From Caldilineaceae bacterium (GTDB lineage: Bacteria; Chloroflexota; Anaerolineae; Caldilineales; Caldilineaceae): DNA of 64,000 nt. The stretch lies in contig CBDETM010000002.1 of NCBI GenBank assembly GCA_965242905.1, forward strand, positions 4,281,998 through 4,345,997. Reading direction: 5' to 3'. Of the stretch, positions 18,981-27,923 are shown piece by piece. Position 1 is the stretch's first letter. Each line of letters opens with the position of its first letter. Under the pieces are notes generated by a model. The model saw nothing but the letters and a program-made list of their open reading frames with translations. It did no database searches and was not told where the DNA came from. Both the position numbers and the translations under genes were made by a program.

Positions 18981-20258
18981 CTAGGCAAGAGCGTCGAGCA
19001 CTTTCGTAACACCGTCGATGGTCTCCTCCACATCCGAATTACTCATATAAGGGTCTACATTAAGTACGACCGATCGGGCAAGAATGTCGAGCGAACGCTG
19101 GCACATATCCCGCGAATAGGTAATGTCTCGTCTCGCCCAGCGCCAGGGTCCGCCGGCTTCCGTCCAGGTGCGTTTCGAAAGAATGGGAAGCCAATGCGCA
19201 TACACGTGGATATCCTGCCGTTCCGGCCGGTAAAGCACGCCCGCCGAGATGTTCTCAGCGTTCAGAGCATGCGCGACCGTTTGGGCCTTGGCAGGCGTTT
19301 CCACGAACATCGCCAGTGTGATCGCACTGTCGCCGTCAGGGTCGGGAATGTCTCGAAAGGTGACCCCTCTGCTCGCGGCGGTCGAACTGATACCGGCCAG
19401 CAGCATCGCCTTCCTTGCCCGGGCGGCTTCTACAATGCCCTGCAATCGGCCCAGTTGCACCAGGCCAATAGCCGCCGGCATCTCCGACATTCGGAAGTTA
19501 GCGCCCCACAGCACCTCAACGTCCGGTATCTCCAGCCGGTTCCAGGCGGCCACATCGTGAAACATGAACGCCCGTTGCCAGACCTGCTGGTCACTGGTCG
19601 TCACAATGCCGCCCTCGCCCGTCGTGATGATCTTGCTGAACTGCAGGCTGAAGCAGCCCACGTCGCCAATGGAGCCGAGCCTGCGGCCCTGGAAGCTGGC
19701 ACCGTTTCCCTGGGCACAGTCTTCGATAACCCTGAGCCCGTGACGGTTTGCCACGTCAAGAATGGCATCCATTCGCGCCATTGCCCCGCGCATATGCACC
19801 GGCATGATCGCCTTGGTGTGCGGGCTTATCTTCCGCTCAACATCGGCCGGGTCCAGCGTCAAGGATTCATCGATCTCGGCAATGACCGGAATCCCTCCGA
19901 CCGCCAGGACAGCCGTAGCCGAGGCCATCCACGTGTAGGCCGGCAAAATCACCTCGTCACCCGGCCCAATGCCAATCCCTTGCAGTCCGCTGATCAACGC
20001 CGCAGTGCCGGACGTGACCGCCAGAGCATGGGCCGCGCCGACCGATGACGCAAACGCCCGCTCAAACTGGTCCGCCTTCGATTCGCCGTCTTCATGGCCC
20101 GAAAAGCGGAACAGCCGTTTGGCGCGTAATACGTCGAGAACGGCTTGCTCTTCCTCTTCATCGATGGCCTGCCCACCGGGGGCCAGGGACGAATCCACTC
20201 TGCTGCGGGCAGGTGCTCCACCGTCTATGGCAAGCCGCGACGCGCTTTTCGCTGTCAT
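18981..20258 (-). CDS. DegT/DnrJ/EryC1/StrS family PLP-dependent aminotransferase
   Basis: GTAALISGL and the PLP-lysine block SLQFSKIITTGEGG. ATG at 20258 (MTAKSASRLAIDGG); the ORF is open to 20294. Confidence 0.85.
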   Translation of the reverse strand: MTAKSASRLAIDGGAPARSRVDSSLAPGGQAIDEEEEQAVLDVLRAKRLFRFSGHEDGESKADQFERAFASSVGAAHALAVTSGTAALISGLQGIGIGPGDEVILPAYTWMASATAVLAVGGIPVIAEIDESLTLDPADVERKISPHTKAIMPVHMRGAMARMDAILDVANRHGLRVIEDCAQGNGASFQGRRLGSIGDVGCFSLQFSKIITTGEGGIVTTSDQQVWQRAFMFHDVAAWNRLEIPDVEVLWGANFRMSEMPAAIGLVQLGRLQGIVEAARARKAMLLAGISSTAASRGVTFRDIPDPDGDSAITLAMFVETPAKAQTVAHALNAENISAGVLYRPERQDIHVYAHWLPILSKRTWTEAGGPWRWARRDITYSRDMCQRSLDILARSVVLNVDPYMSNSDVEETIDGVTKVLDALA

Positions 20259-20385
20259 GCATAAACCTCCTGTAGGGCACGATAATCGACCCATCTATGA
20301 CCGGGGAGAGCCCCACCCGCACCATCATTTCGGGCCCTCCTCTATTCCTCTGCAAGCGCGACCAGTATAACATAGGGCCGGGCGG

Positions 20386-20414
20386 TTGACAGTCTACGGG
20401 AGTCGTGTTTAACT
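20386..20414 (+). promoter_or_regulatory. promoter TTGACA-N17-TTAACT (TG-extended) for the Gfo/Idh/MocA gene
   Basis: Perfect -35 at 20386-20391, TG at 20406-20407, -10 at 20409-20414. The ATG lies 48 nt downstream. Confidence 0.4.
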
Positions 20415-20461
20415 TCCCGAACTGTTCCGGCCGAACACGAAAAACTCTGGAGTCTACCAAT

Positions 20462-21442
20462 ATGGACAAAATTCGATGGGGTATTTTGGGGACCGGGCGC
20501 ATCGCCGGAGACTTTGCAACCGGGCTTGCCGCCGAGACGGATGCCGAAATCGTCGCCGTGGGTTCGCGTGCGCAGCACACCGCTGACGAGTTTGCCGACA
20601 GGTTCGCAATCCCGCACCGGCATCCCTCTTACGAAGCGCTTGCCGCCGACCCTGATGTCGATATCATCTATATTGCCACCCCACACACCTTGCACAAAGA
20701 GAACACAATCAGCTGCTTGAACGCCGGCAAGGCGGTGCTGTGTGAGAAACCCTTCGCCATCAATAGCGCCGAAGCACAGGAGATGATCGACTGCGCCCGC
20801 ACCAATGGTATCTTCCTGATGGAGGCGATGTGGACGCGTTTCCTGCCTCACATCCGCGAGATGGTTCGTCGCATCGAAGAAGGGCAGATCGGCGACATCC
20901 GCCTCTTCCAGGGAGATTTCTGCTATCGCGCACCGGTCAATCCGGCAAGCCGCGCTTTCAACCCCGACTTGGGCGGCGGCGCCTTGCTGGACATTGGCGT
21001 ATATCCGATTTCGCTGGTCCATCACCTGCTGGGGAGCCCTGCCCGCATCGCGTCGCTGGCGCATCTGGGCGAGACCGGCGTCGACGAGTTGGCCGGTATG
21101 CTTTTCCAGTACAAAGACGGCGCTCTCGCCGTTATGTCCACTGCAGTCCGCGCCAACACGCCCCATTCGCTGCACATTAGCGGAACAAAGGGGGAGATTC
21201 GTGCTCATGACCGCTGGTGGGCCCCGTCAGGGTTCACGATCCATCGCGACGGCCACGAGCAGGAGACGGTACGCCCGGATTTTATTGGCAATGGATGGAA
21301 CTATCAGGCCGTCGAATGCGGCCGCTGCCTGCGTGAAGGCCTGACCGAACACGAGCTCATGCCACTGGCCGAGTCTCTGGCTATCATGCGCCTGATGGAC
21401 GGGTTGCGCGAGGACTGGGGGCTGCGCTACCCGATGGAATGA
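20462..21442 (+). CDS. Gfo/Idh/MocA family NAD(P)-dependent oxidoreductase
   Basis: MDKIRWGILGTGRIAGDF Rossmann N-terminus and the EKP motif (VLCEKPFA). Confidence 0.88.
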   Translation: MDKIRWGILGTGRIAGDFATGLAAETDAEIVAVGSRAQHTADEFADRFAIPHRHPSYEALAADPDVDIIYIATPHTLHKENTISCLNAGKAVLCEKPFAINSAEAQEMIDCARTNGIFLMEAMWTRFLPHIREMVRRIEEGQIGDIRLFQGDFCYRAPVNPASRAFNPDLGGGALLDIGVYPISLVHHLLGSPARIASLAHLGETGVDELAGMLFQYKDGALAVMSTAVRANTPHSLHISGTKGEIRAHDRWWAPSGFTIHRDGHEQETVRPDFIGNGWNYQAVECGRCLREGLTEHELMPLAESLAIMRLMDGLREDWGLRYPME

Positions 21443-21470
21443 GAACCAGACCTGACCCGATTGATACTTT

Positions 21471-21503
21471 AAGAGCAGCCGTGCCGGGCTGCTCTTTTCG
21501 TTT
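21471..21503 (+). terminator. intrinsic terminator AAGAGCAGCC-GTGCCG-GGCTGCTCTT followed by a T-rich tail
   Basis: 10-bp perfect stem at 21471-21480/21487-21496, then TTCGTTT. It starts 29 nt after the oxidoreductase stop. Confidence 0.65.
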
Positions 21504-22344
21504 ACCCGACCGCCTTCCGGCAGTAATACAGGCTGCCCCGCAGTAGGTCAACGATCCGGCTGTCAGGCGCACCCGCCTCCAGGGCGTCGGGATGCAATTC
21601 CAGCGAAATGGAATAGGGGTAACCGTCCGCGGCCATGCGGGCCAGCAATGCGTCGAGCCGCAGCGAGCCGTCCTCGGGGCGGCGGTGTTCGCTGCCGTCG
21701 AAGTTGCTCAGATGCACGTGCTTCACGCGTTGCCCCCAGCGGTCGTAGGCCTCCAGCGGGTCAAGTCCCCAGGTGCCTAGGTGGGTCGTGTCCAAGGTTA
21801 TGTGAGGAAAGCGAGTGATGTCGTCAAGTGTTGTGCGGCTATGCGCGTTCCAACGGGCCGGGTTGACGCGTCTGCCCAAAAAGCGGTTGGCCGGCAGGTT
21901 TTCGATGCAAAGCAGTACGTCCGTAGAGGTTTGGAGCGCCGCGTAACCTTCAGATAGCCAGGTCGCGTATTGGCGGCCGGAATCGAAAGGATTCGGCAGC
22001 AAAAGACTGCGCCCCGCCGTCTGCAGAAATGCATATCCGAAACGCATGGGGAGATGGTGGACTACAACCTGCGCGCCAAGCTCGTTAGCCAGTTCGGCGG
22101 TGCGGGCGATGGCGCCGTGCTCTGTTTCTCCCCAGCCGCTGCAGTTGCGGCTGAAAGGGCTGTGGAGGGCCGGGATCGGCAAAGAGTGGCTTTCCATCAG
22201 GTGTCGCAGGTAGTCGGCCTGACGTGTGTCCCAGCGATGATCGATGAGCATCTCGATGCCGTCGAAGCCTGCCTCAGCCGCAAGGGCAAAGACGCGGTCG
22301 ACGCTGTAGTTATACAGGGATCCGGTGGACAGGATGAATCTCAT
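21502..22344 (-). CDS. sugar phosphate isomerase/epimerase (xylose isomerase-like TIM barrel)
   Basis: MRFILSTGSLYNYSVDRVFALAAEAGFDGIEMLIDHRW... is a typical AP_endonuc_2-type N-terminus. Confidence 0.8.
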   Translation of the reverse strand: MRFILSTGSLYNYSVDRVFALAAEAGFDGIEMLIDHRWDTRQADYLRHLMESHSLPIPALHSPFSRNCSGWGETEHGAIARTAELANELGAQVVVHHLPMRFGYAFLQTAGRSLLLPNPFDSGRQYATWLSEGYAALQTSTDVLLCIENLPANRFLGRRVNPARWNAHSRTTLDDITRFPHITLDTTHLGTWGLDPLEAYDRWGQRVKHVHLSNFDGSEHRRPEDGSLRLDALLARMAADGYPYSISLELHPDALEAGAPDSRIVDLLRGSLYYCRKAVG

Positions 22345-22418
22345 GGCAAATCTCTGGACAAGTGTCGCTTGCGCCTGACACCAGGATGCAAGCCAGCCGG
22401 GCTGTCACAAGGTCATCG

Positions 22419-23264
22419 TCATACAGGAACGACCCGCGTCACGAAATGCGAAAATGAAGTCGGACGCCGGCCCAGCAACCAGCCCAGGACGTTTCCATTG
22501 CCTATCAGTCCGTAGCGGTCGTAGTATCGAAACATAGCGGCCAGAAATCCAATCGTCTCGGGAGGCATTCCGCCGGCATTGGCGGAGCTCTCCCATCTCT
22601 CTACTGATCTTTCAACAGCTTCAACCGGTCGCTGCAATCGGTGGGTAAAAGCCTGGGCTATATCCTCCGAGGAGAGACTCGCGGGCCCGGCCAGCTCGTA
22701 AGTCGCTCCTTCATGGCCGGATTCGGTCAGTATGCGTGCAGCTGCCAGGGCAACGTCAGCCAGGTCAACAAGCGCGAATCGAGCCCGAATATTATAGGGT
22801 ACAACATACCTCCCCTTCGTTATTATGTCATCCAGGTAGGCAACCACGTTCTGCATGTACGCGCATGGTTGGAGAATTGTGAATGGCAGGCCGCCGCGAA
22901 AGATCTCCTCTTCCATGCGCAGCTTTTGCCAGTGATGGGGCATCTCTTCTGTCTGCGGGTGAAGTACCGAATGGTAGACGAAGCGCTTGACACCGGCCGT
23001 TCGTGCAGCCTCCATCGCCATACGGCCCACCTCAAGTTCGCGATGATACATATTGGGGCAGATGAGATAGAGCGCATCCACCCCGAGGCACGCCTCCTTC
23101 CACAAGCGCGCATCCGCCAGGTCACCGACAACCGTATCAGTTGCTGGCAGGTCGTGGGCTTGCTCGGAACGTCGCAGCCAGGCCCGCGCCGGCTGTCCGC
23201 TCTGGGCCAGTGCCTCGAGTACGGCCCTCCCGGTCTTGCCGGCCGCGCCGGTCACCAGGATCAT
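22419..23264 (-). CDS. NmrA-like / atypical SDR NAD(P)H-binding protein
   Basis: MILVTGAAGKTGRAVLEAL Rossmann motif. 281 aa. Confidence 0.8.
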   Translation of the reverse strand: MILVTGAAGKTGRAVLEALAQSGQPARAWLRRSEQAHDLPATDTVVGDLADARLWKEACLGVDALYLICPNMYHRELEVGRMAMEAARTAGVKRFVYHSVLHPQTEEMPHHWQKLRMEEEIFRGGLPFTILQPCAYMQNVVAYLDDIITKGRYVVPYNIRARFALVDLADVALAAARILTESGHEGATYELAGPASLSSEDIAQAFTHRLQRPVEAVERSVERWESSANAGGMPPETIGFLAAMFRYYDRYGLIGNGNVLGWLLGRRPTSFSHFVTRVVPV

Positions 23265-23869
23265 GTGGGAATCATCTCATTGACATGAACGGAAAAACCT
23301 TTCAAAACAACAGAACGGGCGGTTTCCCCTTCACCCCATTTTCCGAGGTGTTCGTAGGTTCCGTCCTGTAAGACATGAATCTCGACTGACCGAATGTGGG
23401 GATCGACTATCCAGTATTCCTGCACTCCAGCCTCAGCGTAGAGATCATACTTCAGTTTACGGTCATGTGCAGGGTTGGAAGGGGACAGCACTTCAACAAC
23501 CAGGTCAGGCGCACCCTGGATGTTGAGTTCGTCGATGATAGGGAGACTTTCGCGGCGAATGACGACAATGTCAGGCTGCACAGGGTCACCAATTCTATCT
23601 GGAAGAATTACGTCAATGGGGGCAACGAATGCTATCCCAATGTCAGAATTCTCAAGAAATCCTTCCAAGAAATAGCATAGACGGGTAACGACTCGCTGGT
23701 GCAAAGGCCGCGGCGCCGCCGACATATAGAGTTCTCCCCGGATTACTTCATAGCGCTTGCCGTCGTCTGGGAGAAGAGCATAGTCCTCATACGTCCACAC
23801 GCCCCCGGCCGGAAGCTGCACAGAATGTGTCTCATATGTAGCTGTCACCGATTCCCGTACTTTCTGCAC
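23261..23869 (-). CDS. Uma2 family (DUF820) endonuclease
   Basis: YELIRGELYMSAAP-type N-region, PDIVVI..., PDLVVEVLSPSN and EYWIVDP motifs. Its stop overlaps the NmrA start (ATGA). Confidence 0.8.
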   Translation of the reverse strand: MQKVRESVTATYETHSVQLPAGGVWTYEDYALLPDDGKRYEVIRGELYMSAAPRPLHQRVVTRLCYFLEGFLENSDIGIAFVAPIDVILPDRIGDPVQPDIVVIRRESLPIIDELNIQGAPDLVVEVLSPSNPAHDRKLKYDLYAEAGVQEYWIVDPHIRSVEIHVLQDGTYEHLGKWGEGETARSVVLKGFSVHVNEMIPT

Positions 23870-23911
23870 ACTTACTATCCTTTTTCAAACGCAAACAGCC
23901 GCGTCAAGTGA

Positions 23912-23934
23912 CCGGCAACTTACCAAGTTGCCGG
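23912..23934 (-). terminator. 10-bp hairpin CCGGCAACTT-ACC-AAGTTGCCGG after the ABC binding-protein gene; no clear U-tract
   Basis: Read directly. It lies 38 nt beyond the stop at 23972 on the minus strand. Confidence 0.35.
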
Positions 23935-23971
23935 CCACTCGTGACTCTCTGTCTTCCTATTGATCAAGCGA

Positions 23972-25111
23972 CTATTCGCCGCCCTCGACCAGTTCGACTT
24001 CGATGGGCATGTAGCTGTCACCCATCGTGTCGCCATCCAGCAGTTCCAGGGCCGCTTCAGCCAGGTCCGTGCGGAATGCACCGTCGCTAGGGGCTTCGGA
24101 GATGACGCCGCCGTCAACCGACACCTGAACGGTCTGGTCCCACAGCCCCTGGTCCATCACGCCGATTCCTGCTGGCGACGGCCAGATCAACTTATTTATC
24201 TCGTTCAACTGCCAGCTCATGTGGCTGTGGCCGAGCGTAGGACCATTGTCCAGTACCACCTGCACACATGCGTCGAAATTGTCTCGGCAGAACTGCCAGC
24301 CCCTGAAACTTGCGGCCAGGAAGCGAACGGCGATGTCCTCACTCCCTTCCTCTGCCAGCCAGGCTTCACGTGCGAAGACATGGTCCTGCAGCATGGCGGT
24401 GCCGACGTCGTTGAAGTCGATGACCACCAGATCAGACGGCTGATAGAGTTCACCGGTCTCAGGGTTGACAGCCTCCAACACCTGGGCGTACTCGTTGTAG
24501 ATCATCGCCTGTGCCGCGTCGAGTTCTCGGTTGAGCAGAGCCAGCATGTCGAAGCTCTGCTGAATAATGGTGACATCGTCCGGGTTGTTCGGATCAATGC
24601 CCTCTGCCCGCATCGCCACGAACAGCTCATGTTCATTGCCGAATCCCCAGGTTCCGACCTTCTTCCCCGCCATATCGGCGATGGTCTCCACCGGCGCATC
24701 GGCCCAGGATACCTCCAGGGTACCACTGCGCTGGAATACCTGGGCAATATTGACCAGGTCGGCCCCTTCAGCCCGCGAGGCCAACACCTTGGGCACCCAG
24801 GCCAGGCCGAACTCGGCCTGGCCGGACGCGACCACCTGCTGGGGCACAATGTCGACCGCGCCTTCAAGAATGGTTACGTCCAGGCACTGCTCCGCATAGA
24901 AGCCCTGATCGACGGCGGCAAAATAGCCGGCGAACTGGGACTGGGTCACCCACTGGAGTTGCAGCTTGACCGGCGTCATTTCGGCGCAACCCTCGTCGGC
25001 TGGCGCCATCTCCGCGCCGGAATCCGTTGCCGGTGCTGCCGGCACGCAGGCTCCCAAAACAAGGATCAGGAGCACGCATCCGGTCAGCAAAAGTGATGTT
25101 CGATTCTTCAT
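23972..25111 (-). CDS. ABC transporter substrate-binding lipoprotein, NMT1/THI5-like (NitT/TauT family)
   Basis: MKNRTSLLLTGCVLLILVLGAC signal with lipobox. LQLQWVTQSQFAGYFAAVDQGFY block. The ATG at 25111 follows GGGAGGA; the ORF is open to 25201. Confidence 0.85.
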   Translation of the reverse strand: MKNRTSLLLTGCVLLILVLGACVPAAPATDSGAEMAPADEGCAEMTPVKLQLQWVTQSQFAGYFAAVDQGFYAEQCLDVTILEGAVDIVPQQVVASGQAEFGLAWVPKVLASRAEGADLVNIAQVFQRSGTLEVSWADAPVETIADMAGKKVGTWGFGNEHELFVAMRAEGIDPNNPDDVTIIQQSFDMLALLNRELDAAQAMIYNEYAQVLEAVNPETGELYQPSDLVVIDFNDVGTAMLQDHVFAREAWLAEEGSEDIAVRFLAASFRGWQFCRDNFDACVQVVLDNGPTLGHSHMSWQLNEINKLIWPSPAGIGVMDQGLWDQTVQVSVDGGVISEAPSDGAFRTDLAEAALELLDGDTMGDSYMPIEVELVEGGE

Positions 25112-25154
25112 GAGATCCTCCCGATGAACTGTGAATTGCGTGAAATCACTCTGT

Positions 25155-26102
25155 CTAGGCGCGGAATGTCGGATGCCAGGGCAGGGCCAAACGTTCCGCA
25201 AGAAGGATGACGAGATAGATTGAAATGCCTATGAGACATGCCACGAGAATTGCGGCCCAGGCCGATGCGAAACGGAACAGCGCCGCCTCTTGGGTAATGA
25301 ATACACCCAAGGCAATGCGGGGGCCCCCGAAATACTCGCCCACAATCGCCCCGATCATGGCCAGCGCTCCCGCTACTTTCAAGCCGCTGAACAGTGACGG
25401 AAGCGCGTTGGGGATTCGCAGTTTGAACAGGATTTCGGAGTCGCTGGCTGCATAAGAATGCATCAGTTCCAGCGAACGGCTATCCACCGAAATCAACCCG
25501 CGCAAGGTATTGATCATGATGGGGAAGAAGATCATGACCGTTACGATCGCCATCTTGGAAAACGGATTATCGATGCCGAACCAGTTGTTCATGATCGGGG
25601 CAAAAGCAATGATAGGCATCGAATTTGCCGCGATGGCAAAGGGAAGCAGGGCCTCGCGCGTGGCGCTCCACCGCGTCGTGGCTAAGGCAACCGCGATGCC
25701 CGCCAGCGTGCCCATAGCCATTCCCCCCAACGCTTCCTTCAACGTGAACCAGCTGGCCGCCAGGATTGGCGTCAGGTTTCTTCCCTTCAATACCGAGACA
25801 CTGCGGCCACCAAGTCCGAACTCCAGCCAGCGTGCCTCCTGCATTGTCGCCTGGACTTCAGGTGTCAGGTCGCCAGCCAGAAATACGATGAAACGGTTAT
25901 CTATCGATAGCTCCGCCACCGGATCCCCTTGAGAAACCGACCCTTCCAGAACGACAACCTGAACGAGATTGCCAGTGATGGCCGATGGCTTCGGCAACAG
26001 GAACTGCTGGATATTGAAGGCTGTCACAAGCGCTTCCCACAAGAAGACCAGCGCAACGAGAATTATTATCGGCGCCCAGATACGCTGCCTGCTCTCGCTC
26101 AT
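25155..26102 (-). CDS. ABC transporter permease (NitT/TauT family)
   Basis: 315-aa multi-TM ORF with a BPD_transp_1-like core (...PIIAFAPIMNNWFG...). Its start overlaps the ATPase stop. Confidence 0.85.
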   Translation of the reverse strand: MSESRQRIWAPIIILVALVFLWEALVTAFNIQQFLLPKPSAITGNLVQVVVLEGSVSQGDPVAELSIDNRFIVFLAGDLTPEVQATMQEARWLEFGLGGRSVSVLKGRNLTPILAASWFTLKEALGGMAMGTLAGIAVALATTRWSATREALLPFAIAANSMPIIAFAPIMNNWFGIDNPFSKMAIVTVMIFFPIMINTLRGLISVDSRSLELMHSYAASDSEILFKLRIPNALPSLFSGLKVAGALAMIGAIVGEYFGGPRIALGVFITQEAALFRFASAWAAILVACLIGISIYLVILLAERLALPWHPTFRA

Positions 26103-26902
26103 GCAGGCGCCCTGTTGCTTTCCTGGCCGCCTTCGCTGATGCGCAGCGCCTCCCTTACCTCTGTCTCCAGCTCGAAGAAGCGCACGTTGCTGCGGGTCTC
26201 CGCATTTCGCGGCTGGGGCAGATCGATGGCGATATCCGCGGTGATGCGGCCCGGACGGGCGGACATCACGATCACCCTGGTGGAAAGAAAGACGGCTTCA
26301 GTGATGCTGTGCGTGACGAAAAGTACCGTCGTGTTGGTCTTCCTCCAGATGTTTAGAAGCTCCAAATTGAGACGCTCTCGAGTCATCTCGTCTAGCGCAC
26401 CGAACGGCTCATCCATCAGCAATATCGAGGGTTCGAAAGAGAGCGCACGCGCGATGGCCACCCTCTGTTGCATGCCGCCGGACAGCTGCCACGGGTAGTG
26501 TGCGGCGAAGTCAGTCAACTCTACCAGCTCCAACATGGCCTGCGTGCGGCGGTCTTTTTCCGTTCGGCTGAACTGCATCAACTCCAGCGGCAACTGCACG
26601 TTTTTGGCCACAGTGCGCCAGTCGTAGAGCGTGGCGGCTTGGAAGACGATGCCATAGTCCTGATCGAGCCTGGCTTGGCGCGCGCTCTTCCCGTTTATGG
26701 TGGCCATGCCCGAAGTGGGTTGAATCAGGTCGCCCACAACGCGCAAGAGCGTGGACTTTCCGCAACCGGACGGACCGATTAGCGAAATGAAATCATTCTG
26801 TTCGATCTGTAGGTCTATTTCCTTGAGCGCGTGGACCTGGTCTGCGGCGCCTTCCCCAAAGATCATATCGACGTTTTCGAGAACGACAACAGGTTCTGTC
26901 AT
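26099..26902 (-). CDS. ABC transporter ATP-binding protein (NitT/TauT family)
   Basis: Walker A GPSGCGKST, signature LSGGMQQRVAIARAL, Walker B ILLMDEPF. Confidence 0.92.
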   Translation of the reverse strand: MTEPVVVLENVDMIFGEGAADQVHALKEIDLQIEQNDFISLIGPSGCGKSTLLRVVGDLIQPTSGMATINGKSARQARLDQDYGIVFQAATLYDWRTVAKNVQLPLELMQFSRTEKDRRTQAMLELVELTDFAAHYPWQLSGGMQQRVAIARALSFEPSILLMDEPFGALDEMTRERLNLELLNIWRKTNTTVLFVTHSITEAVFLSTRVIVMSARPGRITADIAIDLPQPRNAETRSNVRFFELETEVREALRISEGGQESNRAPA

Positions 26903-26968
26903 GAGTGATCTCTACACGGGAGAGGCGGCTGGAACACGTCTGCGTAATCCGGCCCAGAGGTGGTGTCG

Positions 26969-26998
26969 ATTGTAGCATACGCCAAGAGAGGAAGCCAA
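26969..26998 (-). promoter_or_regulatory. promoter TTGGCT-N18-TACAAT (TG-extended) for the ATPase-permease-binding protein operon
   Basis: Minus-strand reading: -35 is the reverse complement of 26993-26998 and -10 of 26969-26974, with TG immediately upstream. About 60 nt before the ATG at 26902. Confidence 0.4.
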
Positions 26999-27305
26999 TC
27001 ACAGAAAGGCTCACCGGTTCGGCCATAACATTTCAAATTGAAGAATATTACTAATCCTTAGTAGCACCCGAAATCGCAGGGTCTGTTGCCCGGGAGTGGC
27101 AATGAAGTCAAGTGGACGGCCTCAACTGGCAAGCGACCTCTCACTAGCCAGTTCCTCAGATCTCAAGGCACAGTGGGCGACACGTAAACTCCATTCACAA
27201 CGTCGGATGGCAATAGCCCTTTGGAAATGACAGTCCATCGGTCTCTCGAATCATGCCTAATCATCCTTAGTCAGCTTGCAACGCTGGACGAGGCGAGCCA
27301 AGTTA

Positions 27306-27677
27306 ACTCTCCTCTCACACCTATCACCCATCAACTGCTGCTTTCACTGACCACTGACTACTGATCACTGACTACTGCAGTTCTGGGCGGTCGGGCCTAT
27401 TCGGCCCTCCCTTGTGCGGGGGCTCCGCCCCCGCAACGCCCCCTCTCCTGTCCGCGCCGTAGCGAGTGCGTGGTTAATATGAAGTTGTCGTCTCGCGGCG
27501 GCCGGGCTTCCACCCCCGCAACCCCCCGTATTGGCACTTTCAGAGTATGTGCCAGCGCAGGCAAAACAGGCGAGGCAACTCCCATACATACCCAACGTTC
27601 ACCGCTATGACCATCGCAAGCCCTCTACAGAAATACTGACGTAATATTCCGCCCAGACAGACCATACACAGTACACA
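27306..27677. repeat. dispersed modular intergenic repeat, B-type copy (heptamer tract 27345-27380, invariant 65-bp core 27385-27449)
   Basis: The core is identical to those at 44618-44682 and 56487-56551. The left and right arms align with 56411-56764 (for example GTGCCAGCGCAGGCAA..CCCAACGTTCAC..CTACAGAAATACTGACG). Confidence 0.9.
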
Positions 27678-27923
27678 CGAAGAACACGGCTTGGAAGGTA
27701 CCTCGAATGAAAGTCCGCGAATTATGTGAAGATTCGGCAGATCATGTACCCTGTCCACAGAGTGCATAAAATTGCATAAGGCAAATCCTTTGTCTGCAAC
27801 CTGAACCGATTTGGAAGGCACAATCGAGCCCCAATTACTCAAAGCAAACACGGTCCGGTCCACCCCCTGTACCAGGTCCCTGAACAACAACTGCTTCGCT
27901 ACAAGAATGAGGGAGACGGCGCC

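Noticed and set aside
14716-23869. Integrase-bounded genomic island or prophage.
   Set aside because: There is no tRNA or att-like direct repeat, there are no phage or conjugation genes, and no obvious composition shift. The recombinase looks like an ordinary Xer-type enzyme. I kept only the cluster itself as a low-interest finding.
26903-27100. TPP (THI-box) riboswitch upstream of the NMT1/THI5-like ABC transporter operon.
   Set aside because: The highly conserved CUGAGA and ACCUGAUCUGGAUAAUGCCAGCG-type elements are not present on the minus strand. There is only loose resemblance (GGUGAGCC, ACCUCUGGGCCGGAUUACGC) without the required pairings.
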